Below, one piece after another: positions 9,340 through 17,832 of a stretch of 44,155 nt of DNA (position 1 is its first letter; every line of letters starts with the position of its first letter). The DNA comes from a virus (lineage: Duplodnaviria; Caudoviricetes). The notes beneath the pieces were generated by a model, which had not been told where the DNA came from, ran no database searches, and saw nothing but the letters and a program-made list of their open reading frames with translations. The stretch is taken from positions 1-44,155 of IMG/VR virus record IMGVR_UViG_3300020043_000309. One strand, written 5' to 3'. Both the position numbers and the translations under genes were made by a program.

Positions 9340-9978
9340 ATGGACTACGCTTTAACATATAACCGACTCATCGCAAAAGCGCGGCAGCGCTCTGCGGTAG
9401 ATGGCTATGTTGAGCGTCATCATGTATTGCCCAAAGCACTTGGCGGAACTGATGATAGTAGCAACATCGTTGCCTTAACAGCGAGAGAGCATTTCATCGC
9501 TCATTTGCTGTTAGCTCGCATGCATGGTGGATCAATGTGGTTTGCATTAGCCATCATGAGGAAAGACGGCAGGGGATCGTCAAGATCATTTGCTGTAGCA
9601 AGGGCAAAGTTGTCTAGTTTGATGATTGGTAACTCTAAAACACTTGGTCGTAAAGCCTCTGATGAGGAGCGAGAGAAGATGTCTGCGGCCCGCAAGGGCA
9701 AACTAGGAAGGAAATTGACTAGCGAGCAGAAACTTCACTTAAGTGCGATCAACCAAGGCAAGTCATTCTCAAAAGAACATCGTCAAAAGTTGTCGGAAGT
9801 TCAAAAAGGATTGGCAAAGCCGGAAGGTTTTGGTGCCAAAATATCATCCGCTTTGCGTGGCAAGCCTCGCTCTGAGGAAACAAAGAGAAAGCTATCCATG
9901 CATTACGCTGCTCTTCGTGAAGCCAAAAAAGTTTTGGACAATGTATCCATTTATTCTCAATCTAAGGAGTTGACATGA
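9340..9978 (+). CDS. HNH homing endonuclease with NUMOD3-type repeats
   Basis: ERHHVLPKALGGTDDSSNIVALTAREHFIAH plus repeats SDEEREKMS, TSEQKLHLS, SKEHRQKLS, SEETKRKLS. More AT-rich than its neighbours. Confidence 0.9.
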   Translation: MDYALTYNRLIAKARQRSAVDGYVERHHVLPKALGGTDDSSNIVALTAREHFIAHLLLARMHGGSMWFALAIMRKDGRGSSRSFAVARAKLSSLMIGNSKTLGRKASDEEREKMSAARKGKLGRKLTSEQKLHLSAINQGKSFSKEHRQKLSEVQKGLAKPEGFGAKISSALRGKPRSEETKRKLSMHYAALREAKKVLDNVSIYSQSKELT

Positions 9979-10577
9979 GTGCTACTAATGCACCTTTTGG
10001 CCTCCGCCCCGCTTTCCATCCCTCTGGTCTGGATCGCGCACAGGCGCTGGCTAACGGTATTCAAGCTGTCTCTACGAGCGGCAACGTCTCTGCTGGCTAT
10101 GCCACGAACATCCTGAAGGGTCAGCCCGTCAAGATGGACACTGGCGGCTACATCGTGGTTGCCGGTGCTGGCGATGCGTTCCTTGGCGCCTTTGCGGGTG
10201 TTGAGTGGACTGACTCGACTGGCCGTCGGCGTGTGTCTAACTATTGGCCTGCCAACGAGTCGTTCCAAGTCGGCTCTGTCGTCGCCTATTTCTACAACGA
10301 TCCCAACATCGTTTATGAGATCCAGGCTGACGGCACGCTGCTGCAAACCTCGATTGGCGCTGAAGCTGACCTGAGCAACACGACCGCTGGTTCTACGACC
10401 ACTGGCCTGTCTCAGTGCACGCTGTCCACTACCCTTGTGGCGTCGCCTAATACGGCGCAAATGCGTATCGTGGATATCGCCCCGTACCCCGACAATGCTT
10501 GGGGAGATGACTATGTAATCGTCCGTGCAACCATCGCCGAATCTCAATTCGCTGGTGTTGCTGGTACGGCTGTTTAA
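9975..10577 (+). CDS. Probable capsid decoration / minor head protein
   Basis: 200-aa beta-rich ORF starting NAPFGLRP, directly upstream of the major capsid gene; strong TAAGGAG RBS and biased codon use. Confidence 0.6.
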   Translation: MSATNAPFGLRPAFHPSGLDRAQALANGIQAVSTSGNVSAGYATNILKGQPVKMDTGGYIVVAGAGDAFLGAFAGVEWTDSTGRRRVSNYWPANESFQVGSVVAYFYNDPNIVYEIQADGTLLQTSIGAEADLSNTTAGSTTTGLSQCTLSTTLVASPNTAQMRIVDIAPYPDNAWGDDYVIVRATIAESQFAGVAGTAV

Positions 10578-10592
10578 TAAGGAGGGCAGATC

Positions 10593-11507
10593 ATGGCAGC
10601 CCCGATGCGCAGTACCGACTTTCGTTCAATCGTTGAGCCTATCCTCAACGAATGCTTCGATGGTGTGTATGACCAACGTACCGATGAGTGGTCGCGTGTT
10701 TTCCGCGAGCAACAAGGTATCCCCCGTAACTACCACGAAGAGCCGGTTCTGTACGGCTTTGGCGCGGCTCCGCAGTTGCCTGACGGCACTCCGGTTTCGT
10801 ACCAGCAGGGTGGTGTTCTGTTCCTGAAGCGCTATGTGTACAACGTGTATGGTCTGGCCTTTGCGCTGACCAAGGTGCTCGTTGAAGACGGCGATCACAT
10901 CCGTATTGGTCAGGTGTACGCCCGTCACCTTGCCCAGTCGCTGATCGAGACGAAGGAAACGCTGTCGGCCAACGTGCTGAACCGCGCTTTCAATAGCTCG
11001 TATCCTGGCGGCGACGGTGTGCAGTTGAACAGCGCTTCTCACCCCATCGTGAATGGCACGTTCTCCAACCTGCTGACGACTGCAGCCAACCTGTCCCAGA
11101 CCTCTCTGGAGCAGATGCTGATCCAGATCCGTCAAGCGGTGGACAACAACGGCAAGAAGATCCGTCTGGTTCCTCGCCAACTGGTGGTGGCTCCTGGCAA
11201 CGTCTTCCAAGCTGAAGTGCTGCTGAAGAGCGTTCTGCGTGCCGGTAACGCGAACAACGACATCAACCCGATCAAGTCTATTGGCTTGCTTGATGAGGGT
11301 GCTGCTGTTCTGTCGCGTCTGACCAATGCTTCGGCATGGTGGGTTCAGACCGATGCTCCGGAAGGCATGAAGCTGATGATGCGCCGCAAGCTGGAGAAGA
11401 CGATGGAAGGTGACTTCGAAACTGACTCGATGCGCTACAAGGCCACCGAGCGTTTCGACGTCGGCTTCACCGATCCTCGGGCCATGTACGGCACTCCTGG
11501 CGTCTAA
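10593..11507 (+). CDS. Major capsid protein (HK97 fold, Mu gpT-like)
   Basis: 304 aa; YGLAFALTK, GGDGVQLNSASHP, PRQLVVAPG, GDFETDSMRYKATERFDVGFTDPRAMYGTPG. Strong RBS, biased codons, downstream hairpin. Confidence 0.9.
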   Translation: MAAPMRSTDFRSIVEPILNECFDGVYDQRTDEWSRVFREQQGIPRNYHEEPVLYGFGAAPQLPDGTPVSYQQGGVLFLKRYVYNVYGLAFALTKVLVEDGDHIRIGQVYARHLAQSLIETKETLSANVLNRAFNSSYPGGDGVQLNSASHPIVNGTFSNLLTTAANLSQTSLEQMLIQIRQAVDNNGKKIRLVPRQLVVAPGNVFQAEVLLKSVLRAGNANNDINPIKSIGLLDEGAAVLSRLTNASAWWVQTDAPEGMKLMMRRKLEKTMEGDFETDSMRYKATERFDVGFTDPRAMYGTPGV

Positions 11508-11512
11508 GTAAA

Positions 11513-11534
11513 AGTGGGGGCCTCGGCTCCCACT
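11513..11534 (+). terminator. Stem-loop after the major capsid gene (weak terminator or mRNA 3' stabiliser)
   Basis: AGTGGGGGCC-TC-GGCTCCCACT; no U-tract. Confidence 0.55.
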
Positions 11535-11553
11535 CCTCTAAGGAGTAAAGACA

Positions 11554-12003
11554 ATGGCACAGACCTATATTGGGTCCACGCTGCGCACTGGCTCTGGTAC
11601 GTTGACTGACACCACCGACGGCGGATTTGTTGTCGTAAGTCAGACCACGACGGTTACCACGGTTGCTGCGGGTACGGCGTCTAGCGCCACTATCACTCTG
11701 CCTGCGAGTTCACAGATCATCAGCTTCTTTGTTGATACTGTGCAAGATGAGGTGGTTGGTGGTGGAACTGCAACTGCGATTGCGATGACTATTGGTACGG
11801 CTGCTGCGGGGACGCAATATGTGTCCTCGACTGACGTTATCGGTGGTGGTCGGATTGCTCTTACGTTCACTGCTGCTCAATTGGCCGCGATGGCTAACGT
11901 CGGTACGTCTACCAGCGTTGTCATCACTGTCGATCCAAACGGCACCATTTCCACCACGCAGGGCATCTACCGCTTGACGGTGGTCTACGCCCAGAAGGTT
12001 TAA
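11554..12003 (+). CDS. Putative virion structural protein (T/V/A-rich, beta fold)
   Basis: 149-aa ORF after the capsid gene with TAAGGAG RBS. Confidence 0.7.
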   Translation: MAQTYIGSTLRTGSGTLTDTTDGGFVVVSQTTTVTTVAAGTASSATITLPASSQIISFFVDTVQDEVVGGGTATAIAMTIGTAAAGTQYVSSTDVIGGGRIALTFTAAQLAAMANVGTSTSVVITVDPNGTISTTQGIYRLTVVYAQKV

Positions 12004-12014
12004 GGAGGTTCGAT

Positions 12015-13025
12015 ATGGGCCAATTTAAGCCGATGGTGAAGATGTCCACGACGGAGCCTTCAGTCGAACTGAAGCTCAAGAGTGGTGGCGCGGTGAAGAT
12101 GCAGACTGGTGGTGCGCTTGCCGCTACGCCTGCTGCTGGTCCTGCTATGCGTGGTCCGGCTCGCGGCGGAATGATGCCTGCTGCTGCCCCTGGGAAGCCT
12201 TCTATGGCTGCTCGGCGCCGTGCGATGATGGCTGGGCCTACTGGTGCTGCTCCTGCGGCGCCTGTGGGCATGGCTGGTCGCATGATGAAGGAAGGTGGCG
12301 AAACCAAGTCCGAGCACAAAGCCGAGATGAAGAAGTTCAGCAAGCTGGAAGGCGAGTTGAAGTCTCATGAAGGCAAGCCTGCGTCCAAGGCCCACAAGGG
12401 CTTGAAGACGGGTGGCGTTGTGAATGGTCAGGCTGGCTTCAAGTCTGGCGGCATCATCAAGTCCACTTCTGGCAAAACCAAGGTGGATACCGCAAAGCCT
12501 GATAACTCACCTGCCAAAACTGGTGATGTGAAGATGGGCAACGCTGGTGGTTATGCTACTGGTGGCGTGGCGAAGGCAAATGCTGGCGGCTACAAGAAAG
12601 GTGGCGCAGCAAAAAAAGCCTACGCCACGGGGGGTCTTGTTGACACCGGACGTCCCGTGGCGATGCCTCAAGGCGCGAAGAAGCCTTCGAAACCTGTAAG
12701 CATCAATCAACTGTCTGGCACCTTCAAAAAGGGTGGGGCAGTGATGATGAAAGAAGGAGGTAAGGCTGATGTGCCTCCCAAGGGTGTTGAGGATACGATT
12801 CAGACTGCACGAAACGAACGGGACTACAAGGCCTGGGAGAAGAGTCAGGCTGAAGAGAACAAGGCCATGTCGCAAGGCGTTGGTAGCATGTTCTCAGCGA
12901 TTCCTCGCAAGTTGAAGGAAATCTTCTCGCCAGCCAAGGCCGCTAGTGCGCCAGGGTCAGTGACAAAGACTGAAAAGTCTGTAACAGTCACTCCAAAGAA
13001 GCGCGGCGGGGCCGTTACCTGCTGA
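12015..13025 (+). CDS. K/G/A/M-rich low-complexity protein with 11 xxxGG motifs; probable internal head protein
   Basis: LKSGG, MQTGG, MKEGG, LKTGG, FKSGG, YATGG, YKKGG, YATGG, FKKGG, MKEGG, KKRGG; TAAGGAGG RBS. Confidence 0.75.
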   Translation: MGQFKPMVKMSTTEPSVELKLKSGGAVKMQTGGALAATPAAGPAMRGPARGGMMPAAAPGKPSMAARRRAMMAGPTGAAPAAPVGMAGRMMKEGGETKSEHKAEMKKFSKLEGELKSHEGKPASKAHKGLKTGGVVNGQAGFKSGGIIKSTSGKTKVDTAKPDNSPAKTGDVKMGNAGGYATGGVAKANAGGYKKGGAAKKAYATGGLVDTGRPVAMPQGAKKPSKPVSINQLSGTFKKGGAVMMKEGGKADVPPKGVEDTIQTARNERDYKAWEKSQAEENKAMSQGVGSMFSAIPRKLKEIFSPAKAASAPGSVTKTEKSVTVTPKKRGGAVTC

Positions 13026-13028
13026 ACC

Positions 13029-13052
13029 AAGTGGGGGCTTCGGCCCCCGCTT
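13029..13052 (+). terminator. Stem-loop with cUUCGg tetraloop
   Basis: AAGTGGGGGC-TTCG-GCCCCCGCTT followed by CTCCTTT. Confidence 0.65.
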
Positions 13053-13068
13053 CTCCTTTGAGGCTGCT

Positions 13069-13371
13069 ATGAAGCTGCAAACTGTTTCCAAGACTGGCGT
13101 TGGCTCCAGTTCCGCATTGGTCATGAACACCAACATTTCCCCGTTCAATGTGGGGTTTGGGGTGATTGTGACTGGCACGGTCAACTACACCGTGCAACAC
13201 ACGTTTGATGATCCTGCATCATCTTTCTCAACGTGGTTCTCTCATCCGACGATTGCCTCACAGGCAGCGAATGCTGATGGCAACTATGCCTTCCCGGTGA
13301 CTGGCATCAAGGTGCTGGTGAATTCTGGGTCTGGTACGGCCACCCTGAAGTTGATTCAAGCCGGTATCTGA
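13069..13371 (+). CDS. Small beta-sandwich virion protein
   Basis: 100-aa ORF, GAGG RBS, alternating beta pattern. Confidence 0.7.
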   Translation: MKLQTVSKTGVGSSSALVMNTNISPFNVGFGVIVTGTVNYTVQHTFDDPASSFSTWFSHPTIASQAANADGNYAFPVTGIKVLVNSGSGTATLKLIQAGI

Positions 13372-13373
13372 TC

Positions 13374-13610
13374 ATGGCTTACGTTGGTTACACCGACGTT
13401 GCTAATCAGGCGAATACGTCTGACGGATTTGCTGCTAACGTCAATGCTGTCAACGTAGTTGGCGGTAGTGTTGGAGCAGATGTTGGCGATGATGGGGTTG
13501 TTGATCTCTACGGGGTGACACCCGTAGTGACCTTCTACATTGCTGATGAGACATCTCCTGGGTATGTACTGCAGGAAGATGACTCAAAGATCATTAGAGA
13601 GGCATCGTAA
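13374..13610 (+). CDS. Small hypothetical virion protein
   Basis: 78 aa ending YVLQEDDSKIIREAS; TAATG-coupled to the next gene. Confidence 0.65.
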   Translation: MAYVGYTDVANQANTSDGFAANVNAVNVVGGSVGADVGDDGVVDLYGVTPVVTFYIADETSPGYVLQEDDSKIIREAS

Positions 13611-14191
13611 TGTCAGACCAGAAGATTTCAGCGATGCCCTCTGCGGCAACGCTAACGGGCGCAGAACTCATTCCATTGGTTCAGTCTGGCGCAAACGTCC
13701 AGGCGACACTCAATACGGTCACTGACTTTGTGCGTGACTCGTATGCGGCGTTTTCTGACTTCACTGACCAGCCTGCAACGCTTGCCAATACGGCATACGC
13801 GATGACGTTCAACACCACTGACTATTCAAGTGGTATCACGTTGGTGTTGAACTCTCGGATCACGGCATCTCAGACTGGGGTATACAACTTCCAGTGGAGT
13901 GGTCAGTTTGAGAACACGCAGTCGCAAGAGCATGATGTGCGTGTTTGGATCAAGATCAACGGCAACAACGTAACTGGTTCCACCGGATACATCTCTGTGC
14001 CGTCATCTCACGGCGGGGTGAATGGTCACATCGTGGTGGGGTGGAACTACTACATCACGCTGAACGCTGGAGACTACGTTCAACTGTTCTGGGAGGCAGA
14101 CAACACGAATGTCTCCCTTCAGACGTATGCCTCTGGAGCGAATTACCCCTCAACGGCTTCTGTAATTGCAACCATCAACAGGGTGCATTGA
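13610..14191 (+). CDS. Fibre-tip / decoration protein with C1q/TNF-like C-terminal domain
   Basis: N-terminal KISAMPSAATLTGAELIPLVQ; C-terminal ITASQTGVYNFQWS...ITLNAGDYVQLFW is typical of BclA/C1q-like jelly rolls. Confidence 0.65.
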   Translation: MSDQKISAMPSAATLTGAELIPLVQSGANVQATLNTVTDFVRDSYAAFSDFTDQPATLANTAYAMTFNTTDYSSGITLVLNSRITASQTGVYNFQWSGQFENTQSQEHDVRVWIKINGNNVTGSTGYISVPSSHGGVNGHIVVGWNYYITLNAGDYVQLFWEADNTNVSLQTYASGANYPSTASVIATINRVH

Positions 14192-14373
14192 TGCCGGCAA
14201 GAAGCAAAGCACAGTTCCGCTTCATGAAGGCGGCCGAAAACAACCCTGCATTTGCCAAGAAGATGGGCATCAGCCCTATGGCGGCGGGTGAGTTTACTGA
14301 AGGCAACGTCAAGGGCAAGAAGTACTCTAAGTTGCCTGAGAAAAAACTCAAGCGAGGCGGCTGTTGCTGGTGA
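14191..14373 (+). CDS. Small basic protein (MPARSKAQFRFM...KLKRGGCCW)
   Basis: TGATG coupling places the start at 14191, not 13945. Confidence 0.7.
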   Translation: MPARSKAQFRFMKAAENNPAFAKKMGISPMAAGEFTEGNVKGKKYSKLPEKKLKRGGCCW

Positions 14374-14376
14374 AAC

Positions 14377-14625
14377 ATGGCAAAAAATGTCAGTTTGGCT
14401 GTTGGAAGAGGCGAAAAACTGTCAGTTGCCCGCGGTGCTGGCCTGACTCAGAAGGGTCGAGAGAAGTACAACCGCGAGACTGGTAGTAACCTGAAGGCTC
14501 CACAGCCTCAAGGGGGTTCCCGTAGAGACTCGTTCTGCGCGAGAATGGGCTCTATCGCTGAAAAGAGCGAGAAGGGAAGCCGATCAAGGGCATCAATGAA
14601 GCGCTGGAACTGTCCGGGGTGGTGA
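14377..14625 (+). CDS. Small basic protein (SFCARM...RWNC motif)
   Basis: 82-aa K/R-rich ORF in operon. Confidence 0.7.
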   Translation: MAKNVSLAVGRGEKLSVARGAGLTQKGREKYNRETGSNLKAPQPQGGSRRDSFCARMGSIAEKSEKGSRSRASMKRWNCPGW

Positions 14626-14801
14626 TGAAGCAAGAACTGTCAGATTCCACTAAGCATGTAGTCGATGCGTTGTCTATCGCTACTGTTTTGGGGACGCTTG
14701 TGGAGTTTCTTCCATCAATTGCTGCGTTGTTTACGATTATTTGGACTGGGATCCGTATTTGGGAGACAGATACGGTCAAGAGTCTCTTCGGAAGAGAGTA
14801 A
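14625..14801 (+). CDS. Small membrane protein (holin-like)
   Basis: Hydrophobic stretch ALSIATVLGTLVEFLPSIAALFTIIWTGIRIW; TGATG-coupled. Confidence 0.55.
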   Translation: MKQELSDSTKHVVDALSIATVLGTLVEFLPSIAALFTIIWTGIRIWETDTVKSLFGRE

Positions 14802-14804
14802 ACA

Positions 14805-15878
14805 ATGGCTTACTCGGGAACTGTTGGTCAGACGGTCATCTCTGTCCAGACTCTGATTGATCACGGTGCCCGTAGATGCGGGAAGCTGGCAGAAGAATTG
14901 ACTTCTGAGCAGGTTCTGTCGGCCAAAGAGTCTCTCTTCTACCTGCTGTCTAGCCTGATCAACATCGGCATTCAGTATTGGGCGATTGGCAAGACCGTCA
15001 TTGGTCTGCAAGCAAACAAGTACATCTACGACCTTCCTTTGGGGTCTAACGATGCTTTGAATGTTCTGTATCGCAGAATGAACAGGCCCACGCCTAACAA
15101 CACGGGTGGGTATAGCACCAGTGCTGGCGGTACTGTTGCGAATGCGTTTGACAGCAACATAGATACGGTATTCACGCAGAGTTCTACAAACGGTACGGTG
15201 ACGGTTGACTATGGGACCAGCAACACGGTCTACATCGGGTCAATTGGCATTCTTCCTGCCACGACTGCGACGGTGAATGTCATCTTTGAATACTCGGCAG
15301 ATGGCATAACTTGGTCTACCTTGTACGACCCAGGTGCTACTGCATGGGTAGATGGCGAGTGGATTTGGTACGACATTGATCCTGGGCAGAACGTCCAGTA
15401 TTACCGTATGCGTGCCACTGGTGGCAGCACGATCAGTGTGCGTGAGTTGTACTACGGGAACAACTCAACAGAAATCACGATGGCTCGTCTGAATCGTGAT
15501 GACTACACCAACCTGCCAAACAAGAACTTCACGGCCAATCAGCCGTTCCAGTTCTGGATGGATCGCACGATTCCTTTGCCGAAGCTGTATCTGTGGCCGG
15601 TGCCGTCAGACCCCTTCGTTCAGATGACTGTCTGGTACTCCCGACAGATTATGGATGTGGGCGATCTGTCAGGAGAACTGGAAATCCCTCAAAGATGGTT
15701 CCTCGCTATCCAGAGCATGCTGGCTCACCAGATGAGCCTGGAGTTGCCCGGGGTTGATGTGGCGCGGATTCAGTACCTTGAGGGTCAGGCCGAGAAGTAT
15801 CTGCAGCAAGCCGAGCAGGAAGAGCGCGATCGTTCGCCCATTTACATGGCGCCGAATATTCTGCCCTATACACGCTGA
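14805..15878 (+). CDS. Putative head-tail adaptor with an inserted galactose-binding-like (F5/8-type) domain
   Basis: Helical N-terminus (SLFYLLSSLINIGIQYW), LYLWPVP motif near the C-terminus, central NAFDSNIDT...EYSADGITWS...YYRMR...RELYY block. Confidence 0.6.
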   Translation: MAYSGTVGQTVISVQTLIDHGARRCGKLAEELTSEQVLSAKESLFYLLSSLINIGIQYWAIGKTVIGLQANKYIYDLPLGSNDALNVLYRRMNRPTPNNTGGYSTSAGGTVANAFDSNIDTVFTQSSTNGTVTVDYGTSNTVYIGSIGILPATTATVNVIFEYSADGITWSTLYDPGATAWVDGEWIWYDIDPGQNVQYYRMRATGGSTISVRELYYGNNSTEITMARLNRDDYTNLPNKNFTANQPFQFWMDRTIPLPKLYLWPVPSDPFVQMTVWYSRQIMDVGDLSGELEIPQRWFLAIQSMLAHQMSLELPGVDVARIQYLEGQAEKYLQQAEQEERDRSPIYMAPNILPYTR

Positions 15879-15899
15879 TGATTGAAGCATAATAGGGGA

Positions 15900-16499
15900 A
15901 TGAACTTGCTTGAAGGCTTTCACAATCATCACATCATTCCTAGATACAAGGGAGGCTCAGACTCGCCTGAGAATCTCGTGTTGCTGCATCCCATAGACCA
16001 TGCAATCGCGCATCTGGTGCGGTTCAAAATCTATGGCAACCCTGCTGATGGATGGGCATACAACCGCATTCTCAATGGCCTGAAAGATGAACTGATCCCA
16101 AACCGCAAAGGCATTCCTAAGCCCTACATGAGAAAGCCCAAGTCTGAGGAGACTAAGGCAAAGATGTCTGCTGCGTCCAAGGGAAAGAAAAAGTCGCCTG
16201 AGGCCGTAGAGAAAATGCGTCAAGCGTTAAAGGGCCGCGCCCCGACCGAAAAGCAACTAGAGTGTCTTTCTTTGGGAAGAGCCCGCCCAGATGGATATGT
16301 CAGTCCGCTTAAAGGCAAATCTCGCTCTACTCCGTGGTTGATTGGCAGGGAGCCTGTCAACAAAGGAAAGGCAGCATCGGAAGAAACCCGCGCCAAACTG
16401 TCTGCTGCCAAAAAAGGTCGCAAGCAGACGCCGGAGCAGGTTGCCAAGCGAGTCGCTTCTCGTCGCGCTACTTTGGCGGCTCAAGGAAGGACTGTGTGA
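15900..16499 (+). CDS. HNH homing endonuclease with NUMOD3-type repeats
   Basis: HHIIPRYKGGSDSPENLVLLHPIDHAIAH plus KSEETKAKMS, KSPEAVEKM, ASEETRAKLS, QTPEQVAKR. ATG 15900 preferred over TTG 15882. Confidence 0.9.
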   Translation: MNLLEGFHNHHIIPRYKGGSDSPENLVLLHPIDHAIAHLVRFKIYGNPADGWAYNRILNGLKDELIPNRKGIPKPYMRKPKSEETKAKMSAASKGKKKSPEAVEKMRQALKGRAPTEKQLECLSLGRARPDGYVSPLKGKSRSTPWLIGREPVNKGKAASEETRAKLSAAKKGRKQTPEQVAKRVASRRATLAAQGRTV

Positions 16500-16840
16500 T
16501 GCCGCGCTTTCTTGACACCCTCGGTAACTCAGACATAGCGATTGCAGTGTGTGACCGCTGCAAGATGAAGCGTGCTCATTCGGTGATGAGGTCTGACCCG
16601 AACTTTCCAGGCTTGCAGGTCTGTAATGAGGGATGTGCGGACGAGTTTGACCCTTATCGTTTGCCTGCTAGGAAGACAGAAAAAATCACGATCAGGTTCC
16701 CAAGACCTGATGTCAGCGTGGCTGTGACGGACGATAATCTGGTTACGACCGGATATGGCGGCTATGTGATCTCAACACAGCAGAACGACGACACGCCAGA
16801 GAACAACGGCAATCTGGATGGAATTGAGGTTCAACCTTAA
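16499..16840 (+). CDS. Hypothetical protein with CxxC...C motif
   Basis: Start by TGATG coupling; MPRFLDTLG...AVCDRCKMK...GLQVCNEGC. Confidence 0.7.
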   Translation: MPRFLDTLGNSDIAIAVCDRCKMKRAHSVMRSDPNFPGLQVCNEGCADEFDPYRLPARKTEKITIRFPRPDVSVAVTDDNLVTTGYGGYVISTQQNDDTPENNGNLDGIEVQP

Positions 16841-17823
16841 TGGCTAACGTAACCATTACCTCATTGCCGACTGCTGGGCCGATTACTGGAACTGAGTCAG
16901 TTCCTATTGTCCAGAACGGTCAGACGGTTCAAACGACGACTGCGGCTATTGCTGCTTCGCCTAGTCAGAACCAGACCTTTCTGACGATCAACAGCGAAGC
17001 CACTCTTCCGAATAGTAGATATTTGTCTACCAACACTGGCTTGGGGCTTACAGATGGGGGAGCACTGTCCTTCTATCGTATCTCCCTTAACAGGGCCGCT
17101 GGAAGCCTAGAAACGGCTCTGACGGGCATTGTTGCGAAAGACACGGCCTCTACTGTTGTTGCAAGAACTCTGCAGGCCAGCGGGGCTGGCTTGTCTGTGG
17201 CTAATGGCAATGGCGTTTCTGGAAACCCCACGTTCTCCCTGACGGGGACTGTTGGCTCGCTGTCCAACGTAGCGAGCCCCGGAGTTTTGGCTACCGATGG
17301 AAGTTCGGTGAGCCCGCGGTTGATCCTTGGAACTTCTGACGAGATTGCCGTCACTGACGGTAACGGGGCTACAGGCAATCCGACGATAGGACTGGCCAGC
17401 AATCCTATTGTCCCTGGAACTGGCGGCATGCGGCTACCAACGGGGACGACGGCGCAAAGAAACCCCAACATCAATGGTTATTTGCGGTACAACTCCGAGC
17501 TTGGCATTTTTGAGGGATACGCTAATGGATCGTGGCAAACAGCCATGGTTGGTGGCAATGTCACCTCTGTGAATGTTAGTGGTGGTGCGACGGGGTTGAC
17601 GACCTCTGGAGGTCCGATAACGACGGCTGGGACTATCACCCTTGGCGGGACATTGAATGCGGCTAACGGCGGTACAGGGCTATCCAGCTACACAATCGGC
17701 GACATCGTGTACGCCAGTGGCGCGACGACTATTACTAGGCTTGCTTTGGGCGCTCAAGGTCTGGTATTGAAGGCGGGCGCATCGGCTCCCGAATGGGGTG
17801 CTGTGACTGGCGGGACGTTCTAA
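16840..17823 (+). CDS. Tail/head fibre protein
   Basis: G/T/S-rich; LPTGTTAQR...LRYNS...FEGY..GSW motif, NGGTGL repeat, C-terminal GGTF. Confidence 0.75.
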   Translation: MANVTITSLPTAGPITGTESVPIVQNGQTVQTTTAAIAASPSQNQTFLTINSEATLPNSRYLSTNTGLGLTDGGALSFYRISLNRAAGSLETALTGIVAKDTASTVVARTLQASGAGLSVANGNGVSGNPTFSLTGTVGSLSNVASPGVLATDGSSVSPRLILGTSDEIAVTDGNGATGNPTIGLASNPIVPGTGGMRLPTGTTAQRNPNINGYLRYNSELGIFEGYANGSWQTAMVGGNVTSVNVSGGATGLTTSGGPITTAGTITLGGTLNAANGGTGLSSYTIGDIVYASGATTITRLALGAQGLVLKAGASAPEWGAVTGGTF

Positions 17824-17832
17824 GGAATCCAA

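Noticed and set aside
12609-12620. A7 run as a programmed frameshift site
   Set aside because: Encodes Ala-Lys-Lys in a Lys-rich protein; no obvious stimulatory structure or useful alternative frame.
13945-14190. N-terminal extensions of ORF-track calls 13945..14373, 16334..16840 and 24191..24667
   Set aside because: They lie inside upstream genes; coupled or RBS-consistent starts at 14191, 16499 and 24215 fit better.
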